DNA of 62,862 nt, filler included. It is 6 parts of 6 records of this genome, joined end to end, with 100 filler letters (N's around TTAATTAATTAA, not from the genome) between each part and the next. Parts side by side here need not be neighbours in the genome. Positions count along the whole stretch, not along the records: positions 9,717 to 33,700 come from SRR2962707_3539; 5 more parts are not named here. One strand, written 5' to 3'. How positions within the stretch are numbered: position 1 is the stretch's first letter; each line of letters starts with the position of its first letter. A program made the position numbers and the translations under genes. Shown piece after piece: positions 12,689 to 23,784 of the stretch. The notes under the pieces were generated by a model. That model saw nothing but the letters and a program-made list of their open reading frames with translations, was not told where the DNA came from and made no database searches.

Positions 12689-15679
12689 ATGGCACGCACC
12701 GATAATCAAAACGATATTATGGCGCTTACTTCGTTTTTGTATGGCGGCAACGCCCATTATATCGAAGAGCTTTATGCGCAGTATCAAGACGACCCGTCTT
12801 CTGTATCAGAAGATTGGCAGGAATTTTTCAAAGACCTACAGGATGCACCTGATGACATCCGCAAGAATGCGCAAGGCGCATCTTGGAAGCGCGATAATTG
12901 GCCGATTGATGCCAATGGCGAATTAACCGCCGCGCTCGATGGCAATTGGGGCGAAGTTGAAGCCCATCTTGAAAAGAAAATTGCGGCTAAAGCTCAAACG
13001 GCTGCAAAGCCGGCTTCTGGCGAAGACGTGCTGCGGGCAACGCGCGATTCTGTGCGCGCGATCATGATGATCCGTGCCTATCGTATGCGCGGCCATTTGC
13101 ACGCTAATCTTGACCCGCTCGGCATTGCTGGCTTGAAAGAAGATTATAACGAGTTGCACCCGTCAACTTATGGCTTCACGGAAGCTGATTATGATCGCAA
13201 AATCTTTATCGATAATGTGCTTGGTCTTGAATATGCGACCTTGCCTGAAATGCTTGAGATCCTAAAGCGCACCTATTGCGGCACAATGGCTGTCGAGTTC
13301 ATGCACATCTCTAACCCAGAAGAAAAATCTTGGTTGCAGGAGCGCATTGAAGGTCCAAACAAGGGCGTTGAATTTACCAATAATGGTAAGAAAGCGATCT
13401 ATCATAAGCTGGTTGAAGCCGAAGGTTTTGAGCAGTTTATTGATGTTAAATATAAAGGCACAAAACGCTTTGGCCTTGATGGCGGCGAAGCGCTTATCCC
13501 GGCGCTTGAGCAGATCATCAAACGCGGCGGCCAACTTGGCCTCAAAGACATCGTGCTTGGTATGCCGCACCGTGGCCGTTTGAACGTGCTCACCCAAGTG
13601 ATGGGCAAACCGCACCGCGCGCTCTTTAATGAGTTCAAGGGCGGCTCATTCATGACTGATGATGTGGAAGGTTCAGGCGATGTGAAATATCACCTGGGCG
13701 CTTCTTCTGACCGTGAATTTGACGGCAATAATGTGCACCTATCGTTGACAGCAAATCCATCTCACCTTGAGATTGTGAACCCAGTTGTCATGGGTAAAGC
13801 CCGCGCTAAGCAGGACCAACTTGCCGGTGGTTCACACCGCCCTGAGATCGTGCCGCTTGATGAGCGTGTCAAAGTATTGCCGCTATTGCTGCATGGTGAT
13901 GCGGCGTTTGCTGGTCAGGGCGTTGTGCCTGAATGTTTGGGCTTATCGGCGCTGCGCGGACACCGCGTGGCTGGTACATTCCACTTCATCGTCAACAACC
14001 AAATCGGCTTTACAACCAACCCTTATTTCTCACGTTCTTCGCCTTATCCATCGGATGTGGCGAAAATGATTGAGGCACCGATTTTCCATGTGAACGGTGA
14101 TGATCCTGAAGCGGTGGTTTATGCGGCGAAAATCGCGATTGAATTCCGCATGAAATTCCATAAGCCGGTTGTGATCGACATGTTCTGTTACCGCCGCTTT
14201 GGCCACAATGAGGGCGATGAGCCTTCGTTTACACAGCCGCTTATGTATAAAAACATCCGTTCGCACAAAACAACGGCAACGCTTTATTCTGAAAAACTGA
14301 TCGCCGATAAGGTGATGAGCGCTGAAGATGTTGAGGCGATGCAAGCCGAATGGCGCGAGCATCTCGAAATAGAGTTTAAAGCGGGCGACGAATATAAGCC
14401 AAACAAAGCCGATTGGCTTGATGGTGCATGGTCGGGCATGAAGAAGGCGCAAAATGAAGATGAGCGCCGCGTGGGTAAAACCGCTGTGCCGGTCAAAACG
14501 CTCAAAGAAATCGGAAAGCGCCTGTCTGATGTTCCTGAATCACTGACGGTTCACAAAACCGTTCAGCGCTTTATGGATGGCCGCGCTGCGATGATTGAAA
14601 CTGGCGAAGGGCTTGATTGGGCGATGGCCGAGGCGTTGGCCTTTGGATCGTTGACGCTTGAAGGCTACGGCGTCCGTTTGTCTGGTCAGGACTGTGAACG
14701 CGGCACCTTCTCGCAGCGCCATTCAGTTCTTTATGATCAAAAAACCGAAGAGCGCTACACGCCGATTAACAATATCAAATCGGGTCAAGCGCGCTATGAA
14801 GTCGTCAACTCGATGCTTTCAGAAGAAGCGGTGCTTGGTTTTGAATATGGTTATGCGTTGGCAGAACCAAACAGCCTGACACTTTGGGAAGCCCAATTTG
14901 GTGACTTTGCCAATGGTGCGCAGGTTGTGTTTGACCAATTCATCTCATCAGGTGAACGCAAATGGCTGCGTATGTGCGGTTTGGTTTGTCTGTTGCCGCA
15001 TGGTTATGAAGGTCAAGGACCGGAGCATTCGTCTGCGCGTCTTGAGCGCTTCCTACAAATGTGTGCGGAAGACAATATGCAGGTGGCTAACTGTACGACA
15101 CCAGCAAACTACTTCCATATTTTGCGCCGTCAGATGAAACGCGACTTCCGCAAGCCGCTGATCTTGATGACACCAAAATCATTGCTACGTCACAAAAAAG
15201 CACAATCAACTTTGGCTGAACTATCTGGCGAAAGCGCGTTCCACCGTCTGCTTTGGGATGATGCCGAGCACAAGAAAGATCATCCGATCAAACTTGTAAC
15301 AGACAGCAAAATCCGCCGCGTCGTGATGTGTTCGGGTAAAGTTTATTACGATCTTGAAGAAGAGCGCACAGCGCGCGGCTTGAACGATGTTTATTTGCTG
15401 CGTGTTGAACAGCTTTATCCATTCCCAGCCAAAGCGCTGATTAATGAACTAAGCCGCTTTAAAAACGCGGAAATGGTTTGGTGTCAGGAAGAGCCGAAAA
15501 ACATGGGCGCATGGTCGTTCATCGATCCATATCTCGAATGGGTGCTGGCGCATATCGATGCCAAACATCAGCGCGTTCGTTATACGGGCCGTGCTTCTGC
15601 TGCTTCGACGGCAACGGGCTTGCTCTCAACGCATAAAGCGCAATTGGCTGCATTCCTTGATGATGCCTTGTCTGAATAA
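12689..15679 (+). CDS. sucA: 2-oxoglutarate dehydrogenase E1
   Basis: KRFGLDGGE, GMPHRGRLN, GDVKYHLG, HGDAAFAGQG, LPHGYEGQGPEHSSAR. Confidence 0.98.
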   Translation: MARTDNQNDIMALTSFLYGGNAHYIEELYAQYQDDPSSVSEDWQEFFKDLQDAPDDIRKNAQGASWKRDNWPIDANGELTAALDGNWGEVEAHLEKKIAAKAQTAAKPASGEDVLRATRDSVRAIMMIRAYRMRGHLHANLDPLGIAGLKEDYNELHPSTYGFTEADYDRKIFIDNVLGLEYATLPEMLEILKRTYCGTMAVEFMHISNPEEKSWLQERIEGPNKGVEFTNNGKKAIYHKLVEAEGFEQFIDVKYKGTKRFGLDGGEALIPALEQIIKRGGQLGLKDIVLGMPHRGRLNVLTQVMGKPHRALFNEFKGGSFMTDDVEGSGDVKYHLGASSDREFDGNNVHLSLTANPSHLEIVNPVVMGKARAKQDQLAGGSHRPEIVPLDERVKVLPLLLHGDAAFAGQGVVPECLGLSALRGHRVAGTFHFIVNNQIGFTTNPYFSRSSPYPSDVAKMIEAPIFHVNGDDPEAVVYAAKIAIEFRMKFHKPVVIDMFCYRRFGHNEGDEPSFTQPLMYKNIRSHKTTATLYSEKLIADKVMSAEDVEAMQAEWREHLEIEFKAGDEYKPNKADWLDGAWSGMKKAQNEDERRVGKTAVPVKTLKEIGKRLSDVPESLTVHKTVQRFMDGRAAMIETGEGLDWAMAEALAFGSLTLEGYGVRLSGQDCERGTFSQRHSVLYDQKTEERYTPINNIKSGQARYEVVNSMLSEEAVLGFEYGYALAEPNSLTLWEAQFGDFANGAQVVFDQFISSGERKWLRMCGLVCLLPHGYEGQGPEHSSARLERFLQMCAEDNMQVANCTTPANYFHILRRQMKRDFRKPLILMTPKSLLRHKKAQSTLAELSGESAFHRLLWDDAEHKKDHPIKLVTDSKIRRVVMCSGKVYYDLEEERTARGLNDVYLLRVEQLYPFPAKALINELSRFKNAEMVWCQEEPKNMGAWSFIDPYLEWVLAHIDAKHQRVRYTGRASAASTATGLLSTHKAQLAAFLDDALSE

Positions 15680-15727
15680 TTATTGTTAAATCTAAATTGA
15701 ACGAATTTTGAACGGAAAGAAACGAAA

Positions 15728-16948
15728 ATGGCCACTGAAATTCGCGTACCGACGCTAGGTGAATCCGTATCTGAAGCGACGATTGGTAAATGGTTCAAAC
15801 AGGTCGGCGATGCTGTTGCCGATGGTGAAACATTGGTTGAACTTGAAACCGATAAGGTGACCTTGGAAGTGCCTGCCGCTTTTGCAGGCACGCTTAGCGA
15901 GATTGTTGCCAAAGAGGGCGACACCGTTGAGGTAAACGCACTTTTGGGCATGCTCAGCGAAGGTGCCGGTGCGCCAGCTAAAAAAGAGCCTGAGGCTTCA
16001 AAAGAAAAAGAAGAAGCGCCAGCAGAGAAAAAAGAAGAAGCTGCGCCAAAATCAACTGGTAGCGATATGCCTGCAGCGCCATCAGCAGCTAAAATGTTGT
16101 CTGAAAATAATATGACTGCTAGCGATGTTGCCGGTTCTGGCAAACGCGGTCAGGTGCTTAAAGGCGATGTGCTTGATGCATTGTCTGGCGGTTCAAAACC
16201 AGCTTCTGCTCCGGCAGCACCGCGCGCAGCAACTCCTGCTTCTGATGAGGGCCGCGAGGAACGCGTGAAAATGACACGTCTTCGCCAGACCATTGCGAAA
16301 CGCTTGAAAGACGCGCAAAACTCAGCAGCGATGCTGACGACTTACAACGAAGTCGACATGACAGCCGTCATGGAAATGCGCAAAAAATACAAAGATTTGT
16401 TTGAGAAAAAACACGGCGTGAAACTTGGTTTCATGGGCTTTTTCACAAAAGCTGTTTGCCATGCCTTGCAGGAAATTCCAGCGGTTAATGCTGAGATTGA
16501 TGGCACAGACATTATCTACAAGCATTTCTGCCATATCGGCGTTGCTGTGGGTACAGAAAAAGGCTTGGTTGTGCCGGTTGTGCGCGATGCTGATCAGATG
16601 GGTATTGCCGATGTTGAGAAAGAAATTGGTCGTCTTGGCCGCGCTGCGCGTGATGGCCAGCTTAGCATGGCGGACATGCAGGGCGGTACATTCACCATCT
16701 CTAATGGCGGTGTTTATGGCTCATTGATGTCTTCACCGATTTTGAATGCGCCGCAGTCCGGCATTTTGGGCATGCACAAAATTCAGGATCGTCCAGTTGC
16801 GATTGATGGCCAAGTTGTTATTCGCCCGATGATGTATTTGGCGCTTTCTTATGACCACCGCATTGTGGATGGCAAAGAAGCGGTGACATTCCTCGTGCGT
16901 GTCAAAGAAAGCTTGGAAGATCCAGAACGTTTGGTTTTGGACCTCTAA
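15728..16948 (+). CDS. sucB: Dihydrolipoamide succinyltransferase E2
   Basis: Lipoyl motif [10 protein letters not shown]3-binding domain, catalytic YDHRIVDG. Confidence 0.98.
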   Translation: MATEIRVPTLGESVSEATIGKWFKQVGDAVADGETLVELETDKVTLEVPAAFAGTLSEIVAKEGDTVEVNALLGMLSEGAGAPAKKEPEASKEKEEAPAEKKEEAAPKSTGSDMPAAPSAAKMLSENNMTASDVAGSGKRGQVLKGDVLDALSGGSKPASAPAAPRAATPASDEGREERVKMTRLRQTIAKRLKDAQNSAAMLTTYNEVDMTAVMEMRKKYKDLFEKKHGVKLGFMGFFTKAVCHALQEIPAVNAEIDGTDIIYKHFCHIGVAVGTEKGLVVPVVRDADQMGIADVEKEIGRLGRAARDGQLSMADMQGGTFTISNGGVYGSLMSSPILNAPQSGILGMHKIQDRPVAIDGQVVIRPMMYLALSYDHRIVDGKEAVTFLVRVKESLEDPERLVLDL

Positions 16949-16972
16949 TCGTTGGAATTTGAGGATTAGTCA

Positions 16973-17587
16973 TTGAGCATCGAGTTCTTATTGACTGCGT
17001 TCATCGTTGTGTTGGCCCCAGGAACGGGCGTGGTTTACACGCTCGCAATTGGGCTTTCACAAGGGCATAAGGCGAGCGTCGCCGCCGCCCTTGGGTGCAC
17101 ATTAGGCATTTTGCCTGCGATAGCCGCGTCAGTTTTAGGGCTCGCTGCACTGTTTCATACCAGTGCGCTGTTGTTCCAAACGGTTAAATTTGCCGGTGTT
17201 GCTTATTTGCTTTACCTTGCTTGGATGACCCTTAAAGATCGCGGCGTGCTCAATGTTTCGGCAAAAAATGGCTTCAAACACAGCTATTTTGCGATTATTC
17301 GCAATGGATTTTTGCTCAATATCCTCAATCCAAAATTGTCGATATTCTTCTTTGCGTTCCTGCCGCAGTTTATTGATCCAAATAGCGCTTCGCCGGTTGT
17401 TTCAATGCTCCATCTGGCAGCGATTTTTATGGCAATGACCTTTATGGTCTTTGTGGTTTATGGGCAGTTTTCTGGATTAATGCGTGACCGTGTGCTTTCG
17501 AGTGAACGCTTAATGGCTTGGATACGCCGCAGTGTTGCGATGGCTTTTGCCGGATTTGCAATCAAACTTGCGCTTGAAAAGCGATGA
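16973..17587 (+). CDS. LysE/RhtB-family translocator
   Basis: APGTG N-terminal motif, GVAYLLYLAW, NILNPK, FLPQF. Confidence 0.9.
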   Translation: MSIEFLLTAFIVVLAPGTGVVYTLAIGLSQGHKASVAAALGCTLGILPAIAASVLGLAALFHTSALLFQTVKFAGVAYLLYLAWMTLKDRGVLNVSAKNGFKHSYFAIIRNGFLLNILNPKLSIFFFAFLPQFIDPNSASPVVSMLHLAAIFMAMTFMVFVVYGQFSGLMRDRVLSSERLMAWIRRSVAMAFAGFAIKLALEKR

Positions 17588-17612
17588 ACTTTTTGGATTG
17601 GAGTCCTCAGCG

Positions 17613-18005
17613 ATGAATTTGTCAAAAAACCAGCTTCAAATGCTGCGCATATTTACGATCATCTGCCTGTTGTTTGTCGGCGGTTGGTATGTGATCAACG
17701 CGATTAATTTGCACGAAGCGATGAATGCGCAAGCAGGACGCAGCACACCGCTGCCACTTGGCAAGATTCTGTTTGTCGCGATCCCCATTCTGGCGACCGT
17801 TTGGCTCACCGGTAATGGCAAGCGCATCGGTTTTTGGGTCTATTTGGTGTTCGCGATAACGCTTTCGGCGCTGACTTTTGTCGATGCGCAAAGCGGCGGT
17901 ATTGTGCGCATTCAGCAAGAGCAAATTTATCAATGGTTGTTGTGGCTGTTGCCGATTCCCTTATTGCACTTTGCTTTGCCAATTAATCTTGAGAATGACG
18001 AATAG
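17613..18005 (+). CDS. Hypothetical membrane protein (~4 TM)
   Basis: ATG at 17613 after a GGAG RBS; several hydrophobic segments; no family recognised. Confidence 0.65.
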   Translation: MNLSKNQLQMLRIFTIICLLFVGGWYVINAINLHEAMNAQAGRSTPLPLGKILFVAIPILATVWLTGNGKRIGFWVYLVFAITLSALTFVDAQSGGIVRIQQEQIYQWLLWLLPIPLLHFALPINLENDE

Positions 18006-18065
18006 TTCTCGTTTTAGAAAATTTAAAATTCAACGGTGCCCAAGCGCCGAATGAAAGGAAATAAA

Positions 18066-19475
18066 ATGTCTTATGATGTTGTGATCATCGGTTCAGGCCC
18101 AGGCGGTTATGTCTGCGCGATTAAATCTGCGCAGCTTGGCCTTAAAACTGCAATCGTTGAAAAGCGCGCGACACTTGGCGGCACATGTTTGAACATTGGC
18201 TGCATTCCTTCAAAGGCGCTTTTGCATGCTTCTGAAGTTTTTCACGATGTTGGTCATAAGATTGCTGAATTGGGTGTGGATGTGAAAGCACCAAAACTCA
18301 ATTTAGAAAATATGATGGCGCATAAGGATGCGACGGTTAAATCCAATGTGGATGGCGTCGCATTTTTGATGAAGAAAAACAAAATTGATGTGTTCTCCGG
18401 CTGGGGCAAAATTGCTGGCGCTGGCAAAGTTGTTGTCACAGCTGACGATGAGAGCACGCAAGAACTTGAAACAAAAAACATCGTGATCGCAACCGGTTCT
18501 GATGTTGCGGGCATTCCGGGCGTTGATGTGGAATTTGATGAAAAAATCGTCGTTTCATCTACCGGTGCGCTTGAGCTTTCAAAAGTGCCAGAAAATCTTG
18601 TTGTTGTTGGCGGCGGTGTGATCGGTCTTGAGCTAGGCTCAGTGTGGCAGCGCCTTGGCGCGAAAGTCACCGTGGTTGAATATCTCGACACGATTTTGGC
18701 TGGCATGGATAAGGATGTTTCCAAGCAGTTTAAAAGAATGCTTGAGAAACAGGGCATGGACTTTAAAACCGGCGCTAAAGTCACCGGTGTTGCCAAGTCT
18801 GATAAGGGCGCTGAAGTAACATTTGAGCCTGCCGCTGGCGGCGATGCGCAAACGCTAAAAGCAGACGTCGTGCTCGTTGCGACAGGCCGCAAGCCTTATA
18901 CGGAAAATCTTGGCCTTGAAGAGGCTGGTGTTAAACTGGATGATCGTGGCCGCGTGGCAATTGATGAACATTGGCAGTCATCTGTGAAAGGTATTTATGC
19001 GCTGGGCGATGTGGTTGTTGGACCGATGCTTGCGCATAAAGCCGAAGATGAGGGCAGCGCTGTTGCCGAAATTATGGCGGGCCAAAAAGGCCATGTGAAT
19101 TTCGATGTTATTCCTGCTGTTGTCTACACAGAGCCAGAAGTGGCGTCTGTTGGCAAAACAGAAGAAGAGCTTAAATCAGCAGGCATCGAATATGTTGCTG
19201 GTAAATTCCCGTTCACAGCCAATGGCCGTGCCCGCGCGATGCTTGCCACGGATGGCTTTGTGAAAATTCTTGCTGACAAGAAAACCGACCGCGTTCTTGG
19301 TTGCCACATCGTGGGCAAGGGCGCTGGCGAACTTATCCATGAAGCGGCGGTGTTAATGGAATTTGGCGGCTCGTCGGAAGATTTGGCCCGCACATGCCAT
19401 GCGCATCCAACCATGAGCGAAGCGGTGCGTGAAGCAGCGATTGCCACTGCTTTTGGCAAAGCACTCCATATGTAA
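18066..19475 (+). CDS. lpdA: Dihydrolipoamide dehydrogenase E3
   Basis: GSGPGG FAD motif, GGTCLNIGCIPSK redox disulfide, HAHPTMSE; ATG at 18066 after an AAAGGA RBS. Confidence 0.98.
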   Translation: MSYDVVIIGSGPGGYVCAIKSAQLGLKTAIVEKRATLGGTCLNIGCIPSKALLHASEVFHDVGHKIAELGVDVKAPKLNLENMMAHKDATVKSNVDGVAFLMKKNKIDVFSGWGKIAGAGKVVVTADDESTQELETKNIVIATGSDVAGIPGVDVEFDEKIVVSSTGALELSKVPENLVVVGGGVIGLELGSVWQRLGAKVTVVEYLDTILAGMDKDVSKQFKRMLEKQGMDFKTGAKVTGVAKSDKGAEVTFEPAAGGDAQTLKADVVLVATGRKPYTENLGLEEAGVKLDDRGRVAIDEHWQSSVKGIYALGDVVVGPMLAHKAEDEGSAVAEIMAGQKGHVNFDVIPAVVYTEPEVASVGKTEEELKSAGIEYVAGKFPFTANGRARAMLATDGFVKILADKKTDRVLGCHIVGKGAGELIHEAAVLMEFGGSSEDLARTCHAHPTMSEAVREAAIATAFGKALHM

Positions 19476-19480
19476 TCACT

Positions 19481-19516
19481 AATGCGCCTTTCTAAACCGA
19501 AAGGCGCATTTACTTT
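19481..19516 (+). terminator. Intrinsic terminator after lpdA
   Basis: AATGCGCCTTTC-TAAACC-GAAAGGCGCATT (12-bp stem) followed by TACTTT. Confidence 0.75.
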
Positions 19517-19572
19517 CAAATCTTACCCAGAAGCACGTTTACGTTAGGGTAAATGTGGTGTTTATTGATTTT

Positions 19573-20037
19573 ATGAATCAAGTTCTTGAAATCAAAATTA
19601 TTCTCCCCCATCGCGATCAACCCAATGCCGATTGGGCAGACTGCTATCAAGTGACCTTGGCAAGCCCATTTTATAATGCGCGCGCCGCGGCAGAAGCGAT
19701 CATTGCAGCATTTCCTCCTTGGCAAAAACCGCTTATGCGATTTCGCGGCTGCCTTGTTTCACCATTGGGGTTAAAGCGTTCGGCTGGTGATGTTGGCGAT
19801 GCTAAAAAAATTGGCTTTTTTCCCATTACCTATGAAAGCGAAACAAAAATTATTGTTGGATTTGACGATAAGCATTTGAACTTTCGCATCGTCGTTGCCG
19901 TGAAAGACGTCGATGGCGGTCAATTGGTGTCACTCACGACACTCATTAAACGGCACAATGCGCTTGGACTGATTTATCTGCAGTTGATTTTACCGTTTCA
20001 CCGCGCGCTTATAAAAAGCACTCTAGCCCATATCTGA
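19573..20037 (+). CDS. DUF2867-family protein
   Basis: ADWADCY, IGFFP, GFDDKHLNFR, HNALG..Y...I.PFH pattern typical of DUF2867. Confidence 0.8.
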   Translation: MNQVLEIKIILPHRDQPNADWADCYQVTLASPFYNARAAAEAIIAAFPPWQKPLMRFRGCLVSPLGLKRSAGDVGDAKKIGFFPITYESETKIIVGFDDKHLNFRIVVAVKDVDGGQLVSLTTLIKRHNALGLIYLQLILPFHRALIKSTLAHI

Positions 20038-20045
20038 TGGTTTGG

Positions 20046-21128
20046 TTATTTGACGGCGGTGACTTTGTATCCTGCCTGTTCAAACAGATAGGCAAGGCCG
20101 TTTTCGCCCGGTAAATGCAGCGCACCAACGGCGATGAACGCATTGCCTTTTTCCAGTAAAGGTAAAGAGCGCTCAATCATTGTCTTATTGCGCGCCGTGA
20201 TCATTTTTTCTTCAAAATCTGCGTAGCCTTCATGGGCATCGGGCGAGCCAGCATCTTCTGCGACAGCGTTGAGCATCGGCCAAATGGTGCCGGTTTTACC
20301 TTGCGTATAAAGTACGATCATCGTCTCGGTGACATCATTGACCTTATCGCCAAGCGCGACAGTTTCCACGAGGCCTTGCACGTGAAGTTTAATCGGCAAG
20401 GAGGCCATGGCATCAAATTGTTCGGCAAAAGTTTCAAGGCCGATAAGTTCTTTGCCTTCGCTGGTCGCATTTTCAGCAATCGCTAGATCGAGAAAGGATG
20501 CACCTGCTTGTTTGCGGGCAAATTCGCATTGCGGAAGCGCCAACATGCCGGTCAGCATCCAAGGCTTCATTTTTTCAACCAGCGCAAGCTGTATGCCGCG
20601 GGTGGCAAGACCGGCTTTGAGTTTTTCTTTGTCATCACCCTCAAGAAAATCTGACAGGCGCTGATCATCGGTGAACATCGTCAATTCAGGATTGGCCAAC
20701 AGCGCGGTTTGCGCTTTAGCGGGGTCGAGCACTTCCGTGCTTTCAATGGCCACAGTTTCAGCGCCATCAAAAGCCTTTTGAGCCGCATCGGGCATGGAGA
20801 TTACACGCGGATCGGTCAAATGCATCGTACCAAAAAGATAAGACGGCGCTTGGCCGTCTTTTTCCAGTTTGAACAAAAGACTGTCCCCAAAGGGCACCTT
20901 TGCCGCTTCGGCTTCAATCTCGGCCAGCTTGGCTGGGTCTGATTTGGCAAGCTCTGTCATCAGGTTTTGTCCGCTACAGACGGGCGCTTCTTGCGCCTTG
21001 GCGTTGACCATGAAGGCCAGAATCAAAGTTACGGCCAGCACGGTGATATGCACCGCGCTTAGGATTGCGATAATGGGTGCTGAGGCGCGGTCAGCAATGG
21101 CAGTGGCGCGTGATGTCAATTTTTCCAT
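20046..21128 (-). CDS. TraB/GumN-family protein
   Basis: SYLFGTMH, GLET..EQ, RN..M, AVGALHLPG. Confidence 0.9.
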   Translation of the reverse strand: MEKLTSRATAIADRASAPIIAILSAVHITVLAVTLILAFMVNAKAQEAPVCSGQNLMTELAKSDPAKLAEIEAEAAKVPFGDSLLFKLEKDGQAPSYLFGTMHLTDPRVISMPDAAQKAFDGAETVAIESTEVLDPAKAQTALLANPELTMFTDDQRLSDFLEGDDKEKLKAGLATRGIQLALVEKMKPWMLTGMLALPQCEFARKQAGASFLDLAIAENATSEGKELIGLETFAEQFDAMASLPIKLHVQGLVETVALGDKVNDVTETMIVLYTQGKTGTIWPMLNAVAEDAGSPDAHEGYADFEEKMITARNKTMIERSLPLLEKGNAFIAVGALHLPGENGLAYLFEQAGYKVTAVK

Positions 21129-21202
21129 GGGGTCTTTTTAAGACAAAATCCCAAGGATTTAGTTAAAGCCACCGCGAGAAATTTAGATATTGGGGTGATT
21201 AC

Positions 21203-22153
21203 TTACGCCCGTGGATGGGCAGCATTATAGGCATCGAGCAAATGCTTGGTGTCTACGCCTGTATAGATTTGGGTGGTCGAGAGGCTGGCATGGCCCAGTA
21301 GTTCCTGAATGGTGCGCAAATCACCGCCAGAGGCCAGCAAATGGGTGGCAAATGAATGGCGCAGGGCATGGGGCGTTGCGCTATCGGGCAGGCCAAGCGC
21401 ACCGCGCAATAGGCGCATATCGCGTTGCAACACCGCAGGCTGCAATGCGCCGCCGCGCGCGCCGCGAAACATCGGTGCGCCGTGGTGCAAATCATAGGGG
21501 CAAAGGCGGCGATATTCATCGACGGCGTTAAACACGGCTGGCAGCAGCGGCACGGCGCGTGTTTTATTGCCTTTACCGGTGATTAGGACCGATTTTGCGG
21601 CGCGATCAGTGAGGCTCTTACCATCCAGTGAAAGGGCCTCGCCGAGGCGCATGCCGCAGCCATAAAGCAGAGTGAAAATCGCGACATTGCGGGCGCGTAT
21701 CCACGGCACTTCAGTTACTTGTTCATCACTATTGGCGACTTTAAGCGCGTCGATGGCGGTAAGTGGTTTGGGCAGGCTTTTGGGCTGGCGCGGCGCACGC
21801 ATGGCTGTTGCGGCGGCAGCATTGGCTAGACCTTTGCGCTCTAAAAAGCGCAAGAATGAACGCACGCCGGCAAGGCCGCGCCCTAAAGTCCGTGCGCCTG
21901 CGCCTGTTTGTCGGCGGCGCGTTAGATAAGCGCGCAAATCCATTGGCTTCAGATCGGCGATGGTTTTGATGTCGCACAGGCCGCCCTTATATTCTGACAT
22001 AAAGTGCAAGAACTGGCGCGTATCGCGCTCATAGGCATCCAAAGTGTGTTCGGAGAGGCGGCGCTCTTGGCCCAGTTTTTTGAGCCATGCTTCGCGCTCG
22101 CTCAAAAGTTTGGGCGTCGCGGGCAAAATATATTGGGCGTGCTGGGTCATCAT
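21203..22153 (-). CDS. xerC: Tyrosine recombinase XerC
   Basis: LYGCGMRLGE, GKGNKTR, TPHALRHSFATHLL, QELLGHASLSTTQIYT; housekeeping context next to lpdA. Confidence 0.93.
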   Translation of the reverse strand: MMTQHAQYILPATPKLLSEREAWLKKLGQERRLSEHTLDAYERDTRQFLHFMSEYKGGLCDIKTIADLKPMDLRAYLTRRRQTGAGARTLGRGLAGVRSFLRFLERKGLANAAAATAMRAPRQPKSLPKPLTAIDALKVANSDEQVTEVPWIRARNVAIFTLLYGCGMRLGEALSLDGKSLTDRAAKSVLITGKGNKTRAVPLLPAVFNAVDEYRRLCPYDLHHGAPMFRGARGGALQPAVLQRDMRLLRGALGLPDSATPHALRHSFATHLLASGGDLRTIQELLGHASLSTTQIYTGVDTKHLLDAYNAAHPRA

Positions 22154-22269
22154 CGGGCGATGATAGCGGATTTAAGTTACGGCTTTCTTGCGATTATCTG
22201 CATTTGTCCGGCTGCGTGATCTCAATGTTCCCTCTTGGCGGCGGGTGCAAAAACCATTATCGGACGTGC

Positions 22270-22893
22270 ATGAGCAAAATTGAACTTGAAAATCCAGTCC
22301 TGATGGGCGTGATCGGTGCGCCGCATGGCATAAAAGGCCAGTTGCGGGTGAAAAGCTATACGGCGGACCCCGAGGCGCTGGGCGATTATGGCACGCTATA
22401 TGCCGAAGATGGCCGCGCATTTGATGTGACCTATATTCGCGCCTCAAAAACGGTTGTTGTGGTGAGCTTTGATCAGGTCAAAGACCGCACGCAGGCCGAG
22501 GCGCTAAACGGCACGGAACTTTATATCGACCGCGAACAATTGCCCGACGAAGAACTCGATGAAGATGAATTTTACGTCGAAGATCTTGTCGGCATGGATG
22601 TGCTTGATGAGAGCGGCAAACATATTGGCGCGGTGATGGCGGTGCTTAACTTTGGTGCAGGCGATATGGTGGAAGTCGCCATGCTCAATACCGAAGGTGG
22701 CTTGAACCAAAAGACCACCATGTATCCTTTTACCAAAGCGGTTGTGCCTACGATTGATATGGAGCGCTGGGCGATTACGCTCGTGCCACCGTCTGAAATT
22801 ATCGTTGCGCCGGAAGGCTCCAATGAGCGCGATAATGATCCAGACAATGAAGGCTTGGACAATGAGCCGGCTGCGGACGAGGACGAGGCATGA
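22270..22893 (+). CDS. rimM: Ribosome maturation factor RimM
   Basis: [34 protein letters not shown] at 22270 preferred over the longer ORF start; overlaps trmD (ATGA). Confidence 0.95.
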   Translation: MSKIELENPVLMGVIGAPHGIKGQLRVKSYTADPEALGDYGTLYAEDGRAFDVTYIRASKTVVVVSFDQVKDRTQAEALNGTELYIDREQLPDEELDEDEFYVEDLVGMDVLDESGKHIGAVMAVLNFGAGDMVEVAMLNTEGGLNQKTTMYPFTKAVVPTIDMERWAITLVPPSEIIVAPEGSNERDNDPDNEGLDNEPAADEDEA

Positions 22894-23597
22894 GCTTTAA
22901 AGCCTCTGTCTTAACGCTCTATCCTGAAATGTTTCCAGGCACGCTTGGCCAATCTTTGGCGGGCCGCGCTTTGGACAATAATATCTGGGATTTGGAAGTC
23001 ACGCAGATACGCGATTTTGCCACCGGCAAACATAAAAATGTCGATGATACGCCCTCTGGCGGCGGCGCAGGCATGGTGCTTCGAGCCGATGTTGTGGGCG
23101 CTGCCATTGATGCGGTATCGCCTGAAAATGATGAACGCCCACGGCTGATGATGAGCCCGCGCGGCAAGCCGCTGACACAGGCGCGGGTGCGCGAACTCAA
23201 AGACGGGCCGGGCGTGGTTATCGTTTGTGGCCGGTTTGAAGGTTTGGATCAGCGGGTCATCGACGCACGCAATCTGGAAGAAGTGTCTATTGGCGACTAT
23301 GTGCTTTCGGGCGGGGAAGTGGCTGCGCAAGTGGTGCTTGATGCGATTATCCGCCTTTTGCCGGGCGTGATGGGCAATGATGTGTCCGGTGAAACCGAAA
23401 GCTTTGAAACTGGCCTTTTGGAGCATCCCCATTATACGCGGCCAGCGGAATGGGAAGGTTTGAGCATCCCTGAGGTGCTATCGTCTGGCAATCATGGTAA
23501 AGTGGATGAATGGCGCCGCCAGCAGGCCGAAAAGCTGACCAAAGCGCGCAGGCCGGACCTTTGGGAAGCTTTGACGAAGAAAAATGCACCAAAATAG
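22890..23597 (+). CDS. trmD: tRNA (guanine-N1)-methyltransferase
   Basis: [43 protein letters not shown]. Confidence 0.97.
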   Translation: MSFKASVLTLYPEMFPGTLGQSLAGRALDNNIWDLEVTQIRDFATGKHKNVDDTPSGGGAGMVLRADVVGAAIDAVSPENDERPRLMMSPRGKPLTQARVRELKDGPGVVIVCGRFEGLDQRVIDARNLEEVSIGDYVLSGGEVAAQVVLDAIIRLLPGVMGNDVSGETESFETGLLEHPHYTRPAEWEGLSIPEVLSSGNHGKVDEWRRQQAEKLTKARRPDLWEALTKKNAPK

Positions 23598-23784
23598 GTG
23601 ACAAGGCACGCAAGCTCGTGTATGCGAGCGCGAAGAATTTGGGCGTAGATCCAAATCTTACATAACGTCAAAAGCAATTACGAGCATGACTATCGTTCCG
23701 ATCCTTGAAGGATCAGGCCACACGATGAAACATTGTGGGCCCATCGCGGACGCTCTGGCGGTTCAAAAGAACAGGACTGAACAG

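Noticed and set aside
11876-19519. Long antisense ORFs over sucD, sucB and lpdA
   Set aside because: These are shadow ORFs caused by the codon bias of conserved sense-strand genes; they show no recognisable motifs.
21203-22153. Tyrosine recombinase as the integrase of a mobile element
   Set aside because: It has XerC-type motifs, sits among housekeeping genes, and has no att repeats, tRNA or cargo nearby.
22153-22270. xerC/rimM junction without rpsP as a rearrangement or misassembly
   Set aside because: As I recall, the order mdh-suc-lpd-xerC-rimM-trmD-rplS-leuC-sdh also occurs in Brucella-like Rhizobiales, and no junction signature is visible.
23686-23784. N-terminal extension of L19 suggested by the ORF track
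   Set aside because: The RBS and family-typical start are at 23785; the upstream sequence is more likely 5' leader.
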